From: Macrostomum lignano
Lineage: Eukaryota
Direction: 5' to 3'
Assembly (NCBI GenBank): GCA_002269645.1
Contig: NIVC01000245.1
Location: 693,989 to 757,988, forward strand
DNA: 64,000 bases
A model generated the notes under the pieces. The model saw only the letters and a list, made by a program, of their open reading frames with translations. It searched no databases and was not told where the DNA came from. This document shows positions 11,735 to 23,010 of this stretch, in pieces (position 1 is the stretch's first letter; each line of letters starts with the position of its first letter). Both the position numbers and the translations under genes were made by a program.

Positions 11735-13650
11735 ATGGCGATCTGGATATTCTGGATCATCATAATACTACTGACGGCAGTAGTCACCAAAGCAACAGCA
11801 ATGGAAAACCAATGATATGTCCAACGGATGCGCATATCCAACCGATGATCTACAAGATACCAACCGACATCAAATGCAGCTACTTCAAGACAAATCAGAC
11901 GAAGCCAAAGAAGATCACAATTGATCTCTACAAAGCTAACATCAAGAAGCATCGACAACTCGGAATAGTGTGCTTTAGAGACAAGCACCTAGTGGAAAAA
12001 GTTTGGCGAGGACAATGGAACAGAATTCGATTTTGGCAACACGAACTACATGTGTCGCACGCTGAATGTCTACAATGGAACCAAACACTGTTCTCAAAGG
12101 ATGGTCAGCTAGAACCGGATGAGAAAGTGGGGGAGGCACAACTTTACCGAACGAAAACTCAGCAAACGGACGATATGTACACTTTTCGGAAGCATGGACT
12201 AACTACATGACACGAAACAGTTACCTAATCAGGAATATTCCATTCTACCACAATCCTTTTGAAAAAATGGAGTCGCTACAACTGCAATTAAGTGACTGCC
12301 GATACAGCAAAGGATGGTGTCCAACGCCGATACTGCGGAATGAGGAACTATACAGCTTACCGTTGAGTCCAACATATCATCAAGACTATCGATGGCAAAT
12401 AATACGCAGAGGCGACTCACGATATGAAGAACCATCTAAGTCACGACAATACTTCTTCGCGTGGGAAGTTGAGCCGGAAATTGACTGCAAGCTTCAAAAG
12501 TATCACACAGTTGAAGGAGGTCTACTGTCAAACACGTTTTTGGCAAAGTCAGGAGACTTGGCACTGACGTTTCAAAAGAAACCAGTCGAGCAAAAACTGA
12601 AATGCAAGGATACAGACAAGACACTATTCATCTCGGAACAAGAGATACCAGTCTACGTAAAAGAAGACGACAAACAAACCTTTCTGGCGATCATCAACGG
12701 AACGTATCAACAGCAGGAACAACAGAACAGACGACGACGAGACATCGAACGTCCCAAACTGGTGTCAAACCGACTACTGTCAGCAAAGATAACGGCTTTG
12801 GATCACAATCTACACAACCAGTTAAACCACTTGCATCGAACACTGGTCCAGCTAACTTGCAAAATGCACGCAATCAACTTAAATTATGCCAGACAAAACT
12901 ACTATGTCAACCCTACGATGACTTTTCGTAAAATCACCGGAATGACGAACGTTTTGGCAGTTCCAATATACGAGCATCTGTTGATATACAAGTGCACGCC
13001 GATACAGCACTTTAACATCTTGCCGTCGAACACGTCAACAACCTGCTACGACAAGCCAAGGATTGAAGCGTTCTACGAAGGAAAACGAATTCAGGATTCT
13101 TGGACACGGTACACAACATCATAGTTGGCACCGCAATACCGAGACCCTGCACCACGGCAGCAAACTACTATCAACTGGACAATGCACTACACGTCATCAA
13201 AACAACTGGAACGACAGCAAACATCACAGAACCGGAAGTAATCGTCGACGAAAACTACGACATGGAGGATTTGAAAATCCGATTCAACAGAACGAAGTAT
13301 ACGCCATTCGCCGATATCCAACTTGACGAGATAACACCAGGATGGACGATCAACGACTTCTTGCAAGCGTTCATCACCCAACGCAAGATGATTCACCAGC
13401 TGTTCACAAGAAAGGACAAAGGAACCGGGACAGGAAGATTTCCCGTCCTTGTTTCAATGGACAGCGCCATCAAATCATTTTGGACAAACAGCTTCTGGGA
13501 GCTGCTCAATGGAAGAGGCAGTCTCTATCAAGGATTCATCTTCTACGGTGCTTGCATTGTGTGGATTGTCACGGCAATCTTCATCATTTCGTCGATCGTA
13601 CGGTGCTTCAGTCAAACTTGTCCAAGAGCTAAGAAGACAGTTAATGCCAT
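11735..13650 (+). CDS. env: Envelope-like glycoprotein, herpesvirus gB/class III fusogen-like (split over four frames)
   Basis: Signal-like MAIWIFWIIIILLTAVVTKATA (11735-11800), Cys-containing ectodomain with N-x-S/T sites, furin-type RRRR (12729-12740), a gB-like C-x17-NP...V-x-A...C...CY-x2-P segment, and TM GFIFYGACIVWIVTAIFIISSIV (13532-13600). The fold assignment is from motif memory. Confidence 0.75.
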
Positions 13651-13849
13651 AATGCAAAGAACGACAACGGAAGGCGACAACAGTTTAGAACTAACAGAAA
13701 CTGCACATCGTGAGGTTCAAGGGCAACCGACACTAGCAACGCGGCTATATCCATCGATTCCGACAACACCAACGGCACCAAGAATACAACCACCCAACTA
13801 TCAAGCAGAACAGCAAGACCCAAAATGGCCAGAGAACTACGTATGTACT

Positions 13850-16800
13850 CTACACGCCGAAATTGGCAAAGCCATGGCTCAAGTGGTAATCAACAATCTA
13901 CCATGTCGAGCGCTACTCGACTCCGGCAGCTCCATCACAGTTATATCAAAACAACTGTGCAACAAGCTACGACTTGCTCTACGGCCAGCAACAATCGCAG
14001 TTGCAGGAGCAGGAGGACATTCGCTAAACATTCTGGGAAAAGCCGACATTGATTTAAGAATCGCTAATAAACACTTGACAGTTCCAACGTACGTCATCGA
14101 CAGACTCCCAAACCAGGACGTTATTGTTGGCATCGACACGTTCAAGCAGCTTCGACTACCATTGACCTTCGACTTCAATAAGCAAACGTTCAAGATCGAC
14201 TCGGTAGAACAACCATTGATCAACCAGATCCGAGTACTACCAAAAGTAACATTGCAACAAGATGTCATCATCCAACCGGAGAGCGCCTGCTGGATAAAGG
14301 CAAAGGCAACTAACGCAACGGAGGAAGCAATGATATTCGACCCAAACAGAAGAGTCACGGCTAAACACCAAATTATGATGCCTACGGCACTAGTACTGGT
14401 TGCAAAAGATAAACAGCTGCCAGTACAAATATTCAACCCGAACACAGAAACGGTTCATCTACGACAAGGAATGTGCATCGGTCATCTCAACACCCAAGCA
14501 TCGGTTATGCTGATTGAGCAAGCGACTCCACGACTAACAGAGGAAGAATTTCAAAAGAAGATCAATTTGGATGACAGCCCGATTACGGAACAGCAAAAGA
14601 GGAAAGTTCGACAGCTGTTGTGGAAGTACAACGACGCTTTCTGCCACCATGACTACGACATCGGACGAGCCAAGGACATCAAACAGGAAATCAAACTTCT
14701 GCCGCACACGGAACCAATTCAGTGCAAACCGTACCCGATCGCCAAGCATCTGCAACAGCACTTCGATGAGATTATCGACAAAATGCTGAAACACGGCATC
14801 ATCAGCAAAGCCATTTCAGCATACTCATCACCATGTCTCTTGGTACAAAAGAAGGAGACTAACGAAAGACGACTCGTATGTGACTTCAGACTGCTGAACA
14901 AGTACATACCGACGGATCAGCAAAGCCTACCGAAGATCTCCGAACTACTAGCAAAGCTCAACACGGCAAAATTGTTCACAGTGTTCGACCTACGTCATGG
15001 ATTTTGGCAAATTGAAATCGAGAAAGAGTCACGACAGTACACGGCTTTCAAAACCTACAATGGACAAGTATACGAGTACAATCGATCGCCGATGGGACTC
15101 AGCAACAGCCCAGCAACGATGAGCCGACTAACAGCATACATGCTTGCAGGATGCACGAACCTGTTGCACTATGTTGACGACATCTTGGCCTACGGAGAAG
15201 ACTTCGAACGACTCTATGAAGCGACGGAGAAGGCCCTCGCGCTTATCAACGACAAGGTCTTAAGCTACAACCAACTAAATGCAAATTCTTCCGAGACAAC
15301 GTGCGTTACCTGGGACATCAGGTGACAGCCAAAGGAATTTCACCGGACCCAGACAACGTGGATAAAGTGAAAAAGTTTCCTACGCCAACTAGCAAAACGA
15401 AGGTCCAATCATTTCTTGGACTTGCGCAATACTTCCGAAAGTTCTTACCCAACTTCGCGAAGACAGCAAAGCCGCTGTACGACCTGCTCAAGTTCGACAA
15501 ATGGAAGCAGGAGAATTGGACACAAAAGCAACAAGAAAGTTTTGACGAAATCAAACGACAGCTGACATCAGACGCACTGCTACAGCATCCGGACTTCGAC
15601 AAACCCTTCATCATCGAGACAGACGCCTCAGGAACGGGACTCGGAGCAGTCCTACTACAGGAAACTGAAGACAAAAAGGAACGACCTATAGCCTACGTCA
15701 GTCGAGCACTTAAACCGAATGAGACAAAATGGTCAGCTACGGAACGAGAACTACTAGGAGTTCTGTTCGCCCTACGACAGTTTCACTACTACATCTATGG
15801 ATCTCCATTACAGACGATAGTACGCACAGATCATGCACCGCTGACCTACGTCGTAACTACAAAAGGACAAACAAACAACCGACTCATCAGGATGACACTC
15901 AAGATCCAGGACTACAACTACAAGCTCGTCTACAAACCAGGAATTACTAACAAGGCCGCGGACGCCCTGTCAAGAGCCTACGAAGTCAACGCCATTCATC
16001 CAATCCCTAACATCAAGGAATTGGTGGATGAGACTGAACACGACAACTTCTACATAGCAGTTAAAAACAACGACAAGGACATCAAGCTCAGCCCCGTGGA
16101 ACGAAAATTCCTGCGCAAGCAGCGACAACATTTAACAATCAACAAGTCACGACTCTACTGGATGAGTGACAACAAACCTAAAATCTACATGCCATATTCG
16201 TTTAGGCAGGCAATTCTCAACGAGCTGCACGACAACCCACTCGCTGGACACCTGTCGGCAGCCAAAACCATTGCAAGAGTGGAGCAATACTACTTTTGGC
16301 CAAGCATGCATGGCGACATCAAGCAGTATTGCAACAACTGCCACTCATGCGCAGCATCAAAGACAGGACGACGACAAAAACCACAGCTACAATCGATACC
16401 AAAGTCAACAACTATGGACTGTCTCAGCATCGACATCACCGGACCGCTGCCACCGAGCTGTCTCCATGGCATAGCCTACACCTACATCCTAACAGCCTTG
16501 GACATTTTCTCAAAGTTTGCTATTGCCATACCAATACCGGACATCACAGCTCAGACAGTGGCAATGGGTTTCTTCAACGACATCATCTGCAAGTACGGTA
16601 CGCCAAAGAACCTCACATCGGACAATGGATCGCAGTTTACGTCTCAACTCTTTCAGCAAGTGGTGAAGATCCTCAACATCACGCAGATCTACACATCGAC
16701 CTACAATCCGAAGGCGAACATGGTTGAAAGGTTTCACCGCAACCTACACGAGATGATTACACACTTCGCGCATCAACAACCGGACGACTGGATCATCTAT

Positions 16801-17382
16801 CTGCAAGCAGTAACAATGGCCTACAACAGCGCTATTCATCGATCAACGGACAATACGCCATTCTTTCTAATGTTTGGGCGAGACTTCCAGCCGCCAAACC
16901 TATTGGCACAGCAACTACTACCATCGCAATATGTGGAAGTCCCGACGTCCATTCAAAAGTTCGTCACGCAACTACACCTCGCATGGAAAGTAGCCAAGCA
17001 CAACATCGACAATCAGGTGGCTCTAACCACCGGCACCGACACGAGATCGACAACTCTGACAGCCGGCGACATCGTCTACCTGCACTATCCGCCGCAACAG
17101 ACGCACAAACACGCACAGAAGTACAAAGGACCATATCGAGTGGTCCAACTAACGTCATCGACAACGGCACGCCTGGCCAATGTGCAAGATCCTCATCAGC
17201 ACCAATTCTACGTGCACATTCATCGACTAAAAAAGATCAACACTGACACGACAACGTTTTTACCGTCACTAGACAACGCTGATCGCACGCGTTCGGCGAA
17301 CCGCCACATCGCAACAAAACACGAGGAGACACAAACATCAACCGAGAATCAGCAACATGGCTACAATCTGCGACCTCGTTAA
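13850..17382 (+). CDS. pol: Pol: aspartic protease, RT, RNase H, integrase (one -1 break near 15255)
   Basis: LLDSGS (Asp at 13919), RT motifs RLVCDFRLLN, DLRHGFWQI and YVDD (15170-15181), RNase H ETDASGTGLGAVL, integrase HHCC, IDITGP, SDNGSQF, VERFH and C-terminal KGPY. Confidence 0.95.
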
Positions 17383-17493
17383 GTTGCGAAAACAACCCGT
17401 GTAGAGACCGGGTCAGAATAGCTCTACAGCTTCGCAAGCTTGTCGTAAGAGGCGACTAATCTGAGCGACTTCAAACTTCAAGCGACGACGACA

Positions 17494-17787
17494 ATGGGCA
17501 ACGCACTGTCCAAACAGGCGCCCCAACTACAGCAACTCTATGAATGCCCAATATGTTTAACTGATGACTTGGCTGTCAAGCCACCAATTATTTGTGAAAA
17601 CAGACATCGCATATGCGGACAATGTTTAAGCGACTCACATTATATTCAGCTCTGGCAGAATTGCCCGATAGGTAGAAGAGTTTGCGGCAGTGCGCCTATT
17701 GTTAGTCTTGGCGCACATGTCAATACTGTAACCAAAAACATTTCATTTGCATGCGTATACTTACCTTTAAATAACTTTTATAACTAA
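17494..17787 (+). CDS. Accessory ORF: RING-finger (Siah/SINA-like) protein with an N-myristoylation motif
   Basis: Starts MGNALSK; CPIC-x12-C-x3-H-x2-C-x2-C-x12-CPIG (last Cys absent, GGT instead of TGT). Lies between the pol stop and the PPT, inside the element. Confidence 0.7.
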   Translation: MGNALSKQAPQLQQLYECPICLTDDLAVKPPIICENRHRICGQCLSDSHYIQLWQNCPIGRRVCGSAPIVSLGAHVNTVTKNISFACVYLPLNNFYN

Positions 17788-17926
17788 CGCTCTTAACTAC
17801 CCATTACTAAATACCTGTAACACTTGTGACAAAAGATTTTTATAAAGACATGCTCGTACTTTTTATGCGTTTCAATCCTCTATAATTTAAAACTCGGGAC
17901 GAGTTTTTTGTAAACATGGGAGATTT

Positions 17927-19002
17927 TGTAGAGTGTTCTACCTCCCGTAAGAAGACATAAAAGTGTTAATGTACTACTCACACATTTTATTTAGTAGTAA
18001 ATTGAAGAGCATGAATAAAGGTATGCTTTGAACTATAAGTATATTCGGACTAACCAATAGGAAGAGAGAGACCTCGAGCATGCTAATTTTAGAAATCACC
18101 CAATCACGTGCGACCAACAACTGTCAATTCAAACCCCACCTTCAAGTCATCATTTTGTTTGCACTCGGGTTGCACCCGGATGAACCAATCAAAGTCTACC
18201 AGCTACGGTAACCAATCATGCGCTTTTACAGTAGACTAGTTGCGCAACTTTCTACCCTGTCATGCTTGACAGCCACCGAATCGTGACCCTTTGACATTTG
18301 CGAAGACAGTGATGTACGACCTCGAGAGAGGTCTGAACGCCTATAAATACAAGTGGTCCGGAACGGACCCGGAGCCAGAAAATCTCCAAGGGAGAGAAGC
18401 TCCGAAGAGGAAGCTCTAGTGAAGCCTTCCTGAAGAAACTCGCGTCGTGGACGAGTTCTTGCGGTAGGCCTTACTCATTTGCGCCCGTTGGTTGAGACGT
18501 CTCGCTCAAGTCTATTGAGACTTGAGTTTATTTGAGTCTGCTGAGACTCTTGAGTCTGTTTAGACTCCACTGGTTGCAGTCTCCAGAAGGACTGCCCCTG
18601 ATAGATCTTAGAAGACTATCAGTGGTTTCCGGAGCCATACCTAGAGTGCATAGAGGCACTACTAGAAGGAGTAGGCTTATATTAAACCGCAGTTTGGCGC
18701 AGGGATCCCCATTGTTAATTTGGAAGCTTCCGATTGGTCCGAACTACAGATACCGGCCGGCAAGAAGTCAAGAGGACAAAGGAGATAACGGACCAGATCA
18801 ACTGTTACCAGGTGCCTAAACTTCCTGAAGGACAGGAAAGTTACTGATCGCGATACTACGGACGAGGATTATTACGAGAGCTCTCATTTAAGGACTCAAA
18901 GGTAATTGAATACCTTCATTTGATTACTGGGTTGCCTAGCTACAGAGCTAGAAGTGATTGTTCCTTGATTACAGTTGAGGACTGGTAATAAGGAACACAT
19001 CA
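17927..19002 (+). repeat. 3' LTR (1076 bp)
   Basis: Direct repeat of 8297-9372, preceded by a short purine tract (GGGAGA, 17918-17923). Confidence 0.97.
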
Positions 19003-19849
19003 TTAGCTGACGAAAGCCCAGCTCTTCCACCTTGGCGCGAGTGCGAGCAGCGGCATGCGGACGCGCGTTGTCCCAAAGGATGAACGGCTTCTGACGCATG
19101 ATTCGGCGCTTGGATAGAAAGGCAGCACGCAGTTGCTCGAGCTGGTTAATCACATAGTCGGCATTGATTGTCTGGCCCTGCGGCAGGTAGTCGACGAGTA
19201 GCATGCCTCGCGCATTGAACCACACTGCACATGATGTTCTGGGTCCAGGCCGACTTCATGGCCTTTGTGTGTGGGTGCCGTCCCTTTGGCCCCCACTGCA
19301 TCGACTGCTGCTTTGTCAGTGGATTAAACATTGCAGCGGCGTCTCGTCCATTGTGATTACAAGCTCCTTGAACTTCTCATCACCAAGCTCGTTCCAGACA
19401 GCCCAGTTGTCTGCCGAACATCGCACCCGTGCTTTTTTGTGTTCTTCTGTCAGCTCTCGTGGCACCCACTTAGCGCAAATCTTCGACCAGCCGTGGCGTT
19501 ATAGAATGCGACTCACAGACAAGCAGTGAACGCCGCACACACTCTCCACTTCACGCACACATGCAGATGGGTTTGCCTCCAAATATTGGAGCACGGCAGC
19601 CGCATTGTTGTCACCTGTGCTGGAACGCGGACGGCCAGAGCGAGCAGCATCAGCGACGCTTGTTTGACCATCAGTAGCAAGTCAATGGTGGGCAAACACC
19701 TGTGTGCGACCCAACGCATAATCACCGAAAGAAGTGCAAACTTCGTTAAAAGTCTGCGTTGGTGTCTTACCCATGTGCTGACATGCCATAATAAAGCAAC
19801 GTTGACTTTCTTTCGAATCAAAATCTGAGTGATTTTTTGGTCGGCTCAT
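19003..19849 (-). pseudogene. Mariner transposase, N-terminal part (frameshifted)
   Basis: Starts MSRPKN; contains CAKWVPRELT (WVPHEL motif), VITMDET (first Asp) and ILWDNARPH (second Asp). Joined across the TTAG TSD it reads FRQL-SHPAYSPDL, with 34 residues between the second and third Asp. Confidence 0.9.
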
Positions 19850-20297
19850 TCTCCGAGTGAAATCGTGTGAAATAACATAGACCCTCAGGCTTAACTTGGC
19901 TCTAATGTAGGCTGTGTTTGTCCTAGTCATGCAAAATTTTAGCCTGGCACGTATTAATAACCAAATAGTTTATGGATGAAAGCTCATCCAAATCTGATAA
20001 GAATTGTGCTTTAGGAAACACTAGTCCGGAAACTTTAGAAAATTTGAAAGAAAAAATATTTCTGGGAGACAGATAAATGTATTCGCATCCAATTGGTCCT
20101 TTTATAACTACTTAGCATTATTAGTAGTATAAATGCATTTTTCAACTGTTCAAAGAAGATTTTCGTGCTGAAACTCACCAAGTCATCTTCATGCTGTGAC
20201 AATTTTGTATGACTACTACTTTTCTTTTGTTGATGAGTCGTGCAGCTGTCTATCAGGATTATGAAGTAGTATTGGTTTTGTCAGCCTAACTGAGAAT

Positions 20298-20546
20298 AAA
20301 GCCATCCAAAGTGAAAATCCTGCCTACGCTGACTGCGAAGGGCCTGGCTGCGTGCAGCCTTAGTCTATGGGCCATAGACTATAAAGGACAAGCAAAGTGA
20401 TAAAAAGCCATCCAATGTGAGAATCGATTGGTCTTTTAAAACTTTGCTTGTCCTTTATAGTCTATGGCTCATAGACTAGGCTGAACGCAGCTAGGCCCTT
20501 CGTATTCAGCGTAGGAAGGATTCTCACATTGGATGGCTTTTATCAC
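20298..20546. repeat. Compound inverted repeat (MITE-like)
   Basis: 20298-20400 is the imperfect reverse complement of 20441-20540, and 20383-20425 also pairs with 20519-20560. Confidence 0.7.
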
Positions 20547-21284
20547 TTTGCTTGTCCTTTATTGTCTATATAGAGCCAGCACAAAGCCAAGAGCGACAAG
20601 CGACAAACCAAGGAGGGAAATTCAAAGCGTGTGAATATAGTCGTGTGAAACTTGAATATTAAGGATTAAAGCAAAATAGTGGAAAACTTAATCTTATTAA
20701 CAAGTCAACCAGTACATGCAGAAATATAATTAAGTAGAAAAAATAAATACCAATAATTACTTTGCAAAGACTTTCAAAAAGACAGAACACTGAGAGATGT
20801 ACAAGAACTCAAGCCGTAACAATACAGTCCTTGATTAATGCAGCCCTTTAAGTAAATAAAATTATTTCAGAGCGAGGCGAGCTGTATTAAAAGTTAAATA
20901 ATGCTAATGGTACGCTAATAGGCCTGTAAATTATTTCGCTCATGCAAAACAGAAGTGCATATTCATGCAAATATGAGCTAGAAGAAGCTGTACTCCGCAA
21001 TGGTACTGCTTCCTGAATAGAGGCAAATATTTGGCTTAGGTATGTTTGCTTTTAGCTGCCTAAGCACTAATGTATTTGAGCCAATGTCAACGTCTGCTGT
21101 GTATTTAACACTCTTGGCTTTGAAGTATTTGACATTTGAGTGACGTAGCATTCCTATAACTGAGTGAAATTCTTCATTTATTGACTTATGGCATCATCAT
21201 AATAACTAAATACATGTAGCTACAGCGATATGTTTGTGTTAATGTTTACCAAATTGCGCTCGAAGTAATTCCTTTGTCTGCAAC

Positions 21285-23010
21285 CTAGCTTTGCAACCAA
21301 AGTTCATGTCTCAAAGTTGAGTTTCGTCCCTTCATTAACTTTCGTTGATCGATAGCCGAAGTCGCAGCCGAGCTGCAGGCGATCAGACAGTCGTGAAGGA
21401 GTTCAACAGCTTCCAGCATGGTCAGCAGCGAGCAGCCAAGGTACAGACCGAGTAATCCACCTGTGTCAGCAATCAGGTCGATAAAACTATACGACTTCTC
21501 AATGAGAACTGCTGAGCCGAGACTCTTGCCGGTGTACACTCGAATTCGCATCATTTGGTCTTGCAAGTAATTCGAGCCGACAACTATATTGCGGGTGGTC
21601 AAGTTATTCAGCAAGCTATTGGTTATGTTCAAGACTTCATCATAGCCAGGAAAGTGCGCAGCGGGATTTTCTAGCCTTTTCTCCTGAACGCGATACTGAA
21701 ACCCGGCTAGAAGGTCGCGCTGAAAAGCGGAAAAGACTCGTGGCCAGTTGCTAAACGAGTAGGCGTACTTGAAACGGTCCGTCTGACAAGGCCGAAGTTT
21801 GGCGCAGTATTGATGAATGGCATTCTGATAATTCCAATATAAAGCTGGGTTGTTTTCTTTGAAAAACTGTTCAGCCGACGCCTGACCTGTGAGAACGCGG
21901 CTGGCATTCGAGCAGCTTCGAGCGTGGATAAACTTCCGATCGCGAGGTAACAGGTGACTCACACAGCCGCTTTGCTGCATCATGAGCTGGTTACTTCGTT
22001 CGGCCCGACAAAGGTACTCGCTAAATGCATAGGCCGTCTCGGTGTGATCGTACGGACTGATGATGCGACTGGGCTCAGGGCTACTCGAGCACTGCATTCC
22101 TTTGCCAGAATGAGCCTCTCATCTCGAGGTCGATTCGATAGTCTTTTCCAGCGCTGAGCTGAATCATGGACTCGGAGTCCGGATAGTGACCAGGTCGAAC
22201 GAAATAAAGGTTTACACCAGATGCAGTCTCGGGTTTAATGCCATTCTCAAAGTCCCATGAAAGAAAGCTCAGCTTTGATGTGTTTATTGTTGCAATCGGC
22301 AGTAGTGACGATTTTTTTGGGAATTCAAAAAATGCACCATCCAAAAATAGTGTCATCTCTAAATAGCTGCCCTGATTGCTCAGCTCTGGTCGCTGCGATG
22401 GCGTGGGCACCAGGCGAATGCAGTTAAGGTCCCTAAAGCTGTGAAACGGTATTTCCCCAACTGGTGCTTTTGGCGAGCCGTTCAAGATCAGCATGAAAAG
22501 AAACTGCTTCATATGATGACCCAGTTTGTCGCTTATAAGGCGAAATGGCATTGTGGATAGAAGAATGCTTGCCAACCTGGCTGCATCAAAAAAATTTTTA
22601 GGTGACCCACCAAAGGCTAAAGTAAGACTTTTGACATAGCTGTTTATTTCGGCTGTGCTGTTGGGATCCAGGATGTACGGATAACTCCCTGACATGATGG
22701 CATTGTTGCAGATGACCAGATCGGGGAACTCGAACTCCACCGAGTTCTGCTGCAGCGTGGTGGTCTCTGGCTGCTCGTTGTAGGTTTTGATGAAGCTCTG
22801 CACCTGTGTGACAAAGCCGGTGAGGCAGAGCGCGAAGCCGACAAGCCAGATGACCTTGACGTAGATCGGACGGGACCCCACGAGTCTTCCGAGGCCGTGA
22901 GCCGTGGTGTCGCTCAGCCATGAGTGCACAGGGTGCGATAGAATCTCCTTGATTCCTTTCCGTTGACAGCCTGGATTCGTTGATTCGACAACTTGCTGTT
23001 CTTCTGTCAT
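21285..23010 (-). CDS. DEG/ENaC (amiloride-sensitive channel family) subunit, copy A; intronless, with an apparent frameshift near 22110
   Basis: TTAHG pre-TM1 motif, TM1, FPDLVICN, Cys-rich region, IADTGGLLGLYLGCSLLTMLE (TM2 with GxS filter). The break equals two 1-nt homopolymer deletions relative to copy B. Start codon uncertain. Confidence 0.9.

Larger units (their letters stand above)
8297..19002 (+). mobile_element. Full-length Ty3/Gypsy (Metaviridae-like) LTR retrotransposon with an internal envelope-like gene
   Basis: TG...CA LTRs, 4-bp TSD TTAG (8293-8296 and 19003-19006), PBS, and gag/PR/RT/RH/IN in Gypsy order. Confidence 0.97.
7776..20036 (-). mobile_element. Mariner (DD34D) DNA transposon interrupted by the LTR retrotransposon
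   Basis: TA followed by mariner-type end CGAGGGGTGTTGCAAAAGTTTCTGG at 7776. Transposase halves lie on either side of the LTR element. Only a partial match to the other TIR is present (CCGGAAACTTT, about 20026-20036). Confidence 0.8.

Noticed and set aside
11735-13650. Env region as a separate element inserted into the retrotransposon
   Set aside because: No TSD, LTR, TIR or poly(A) at its edges; it is in frame with the protease and shares the same A/C-rich codon style.
11500-15300. Programmed -1 frameshifting as the explanation for all six breaks
   Set aside because: Six serial shifts would give negligible full-length product, no canonical slippery heptamers were seen at most sites, and the same deletion type occurs in host genes. 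One genuine shift near the gag end remains possible.
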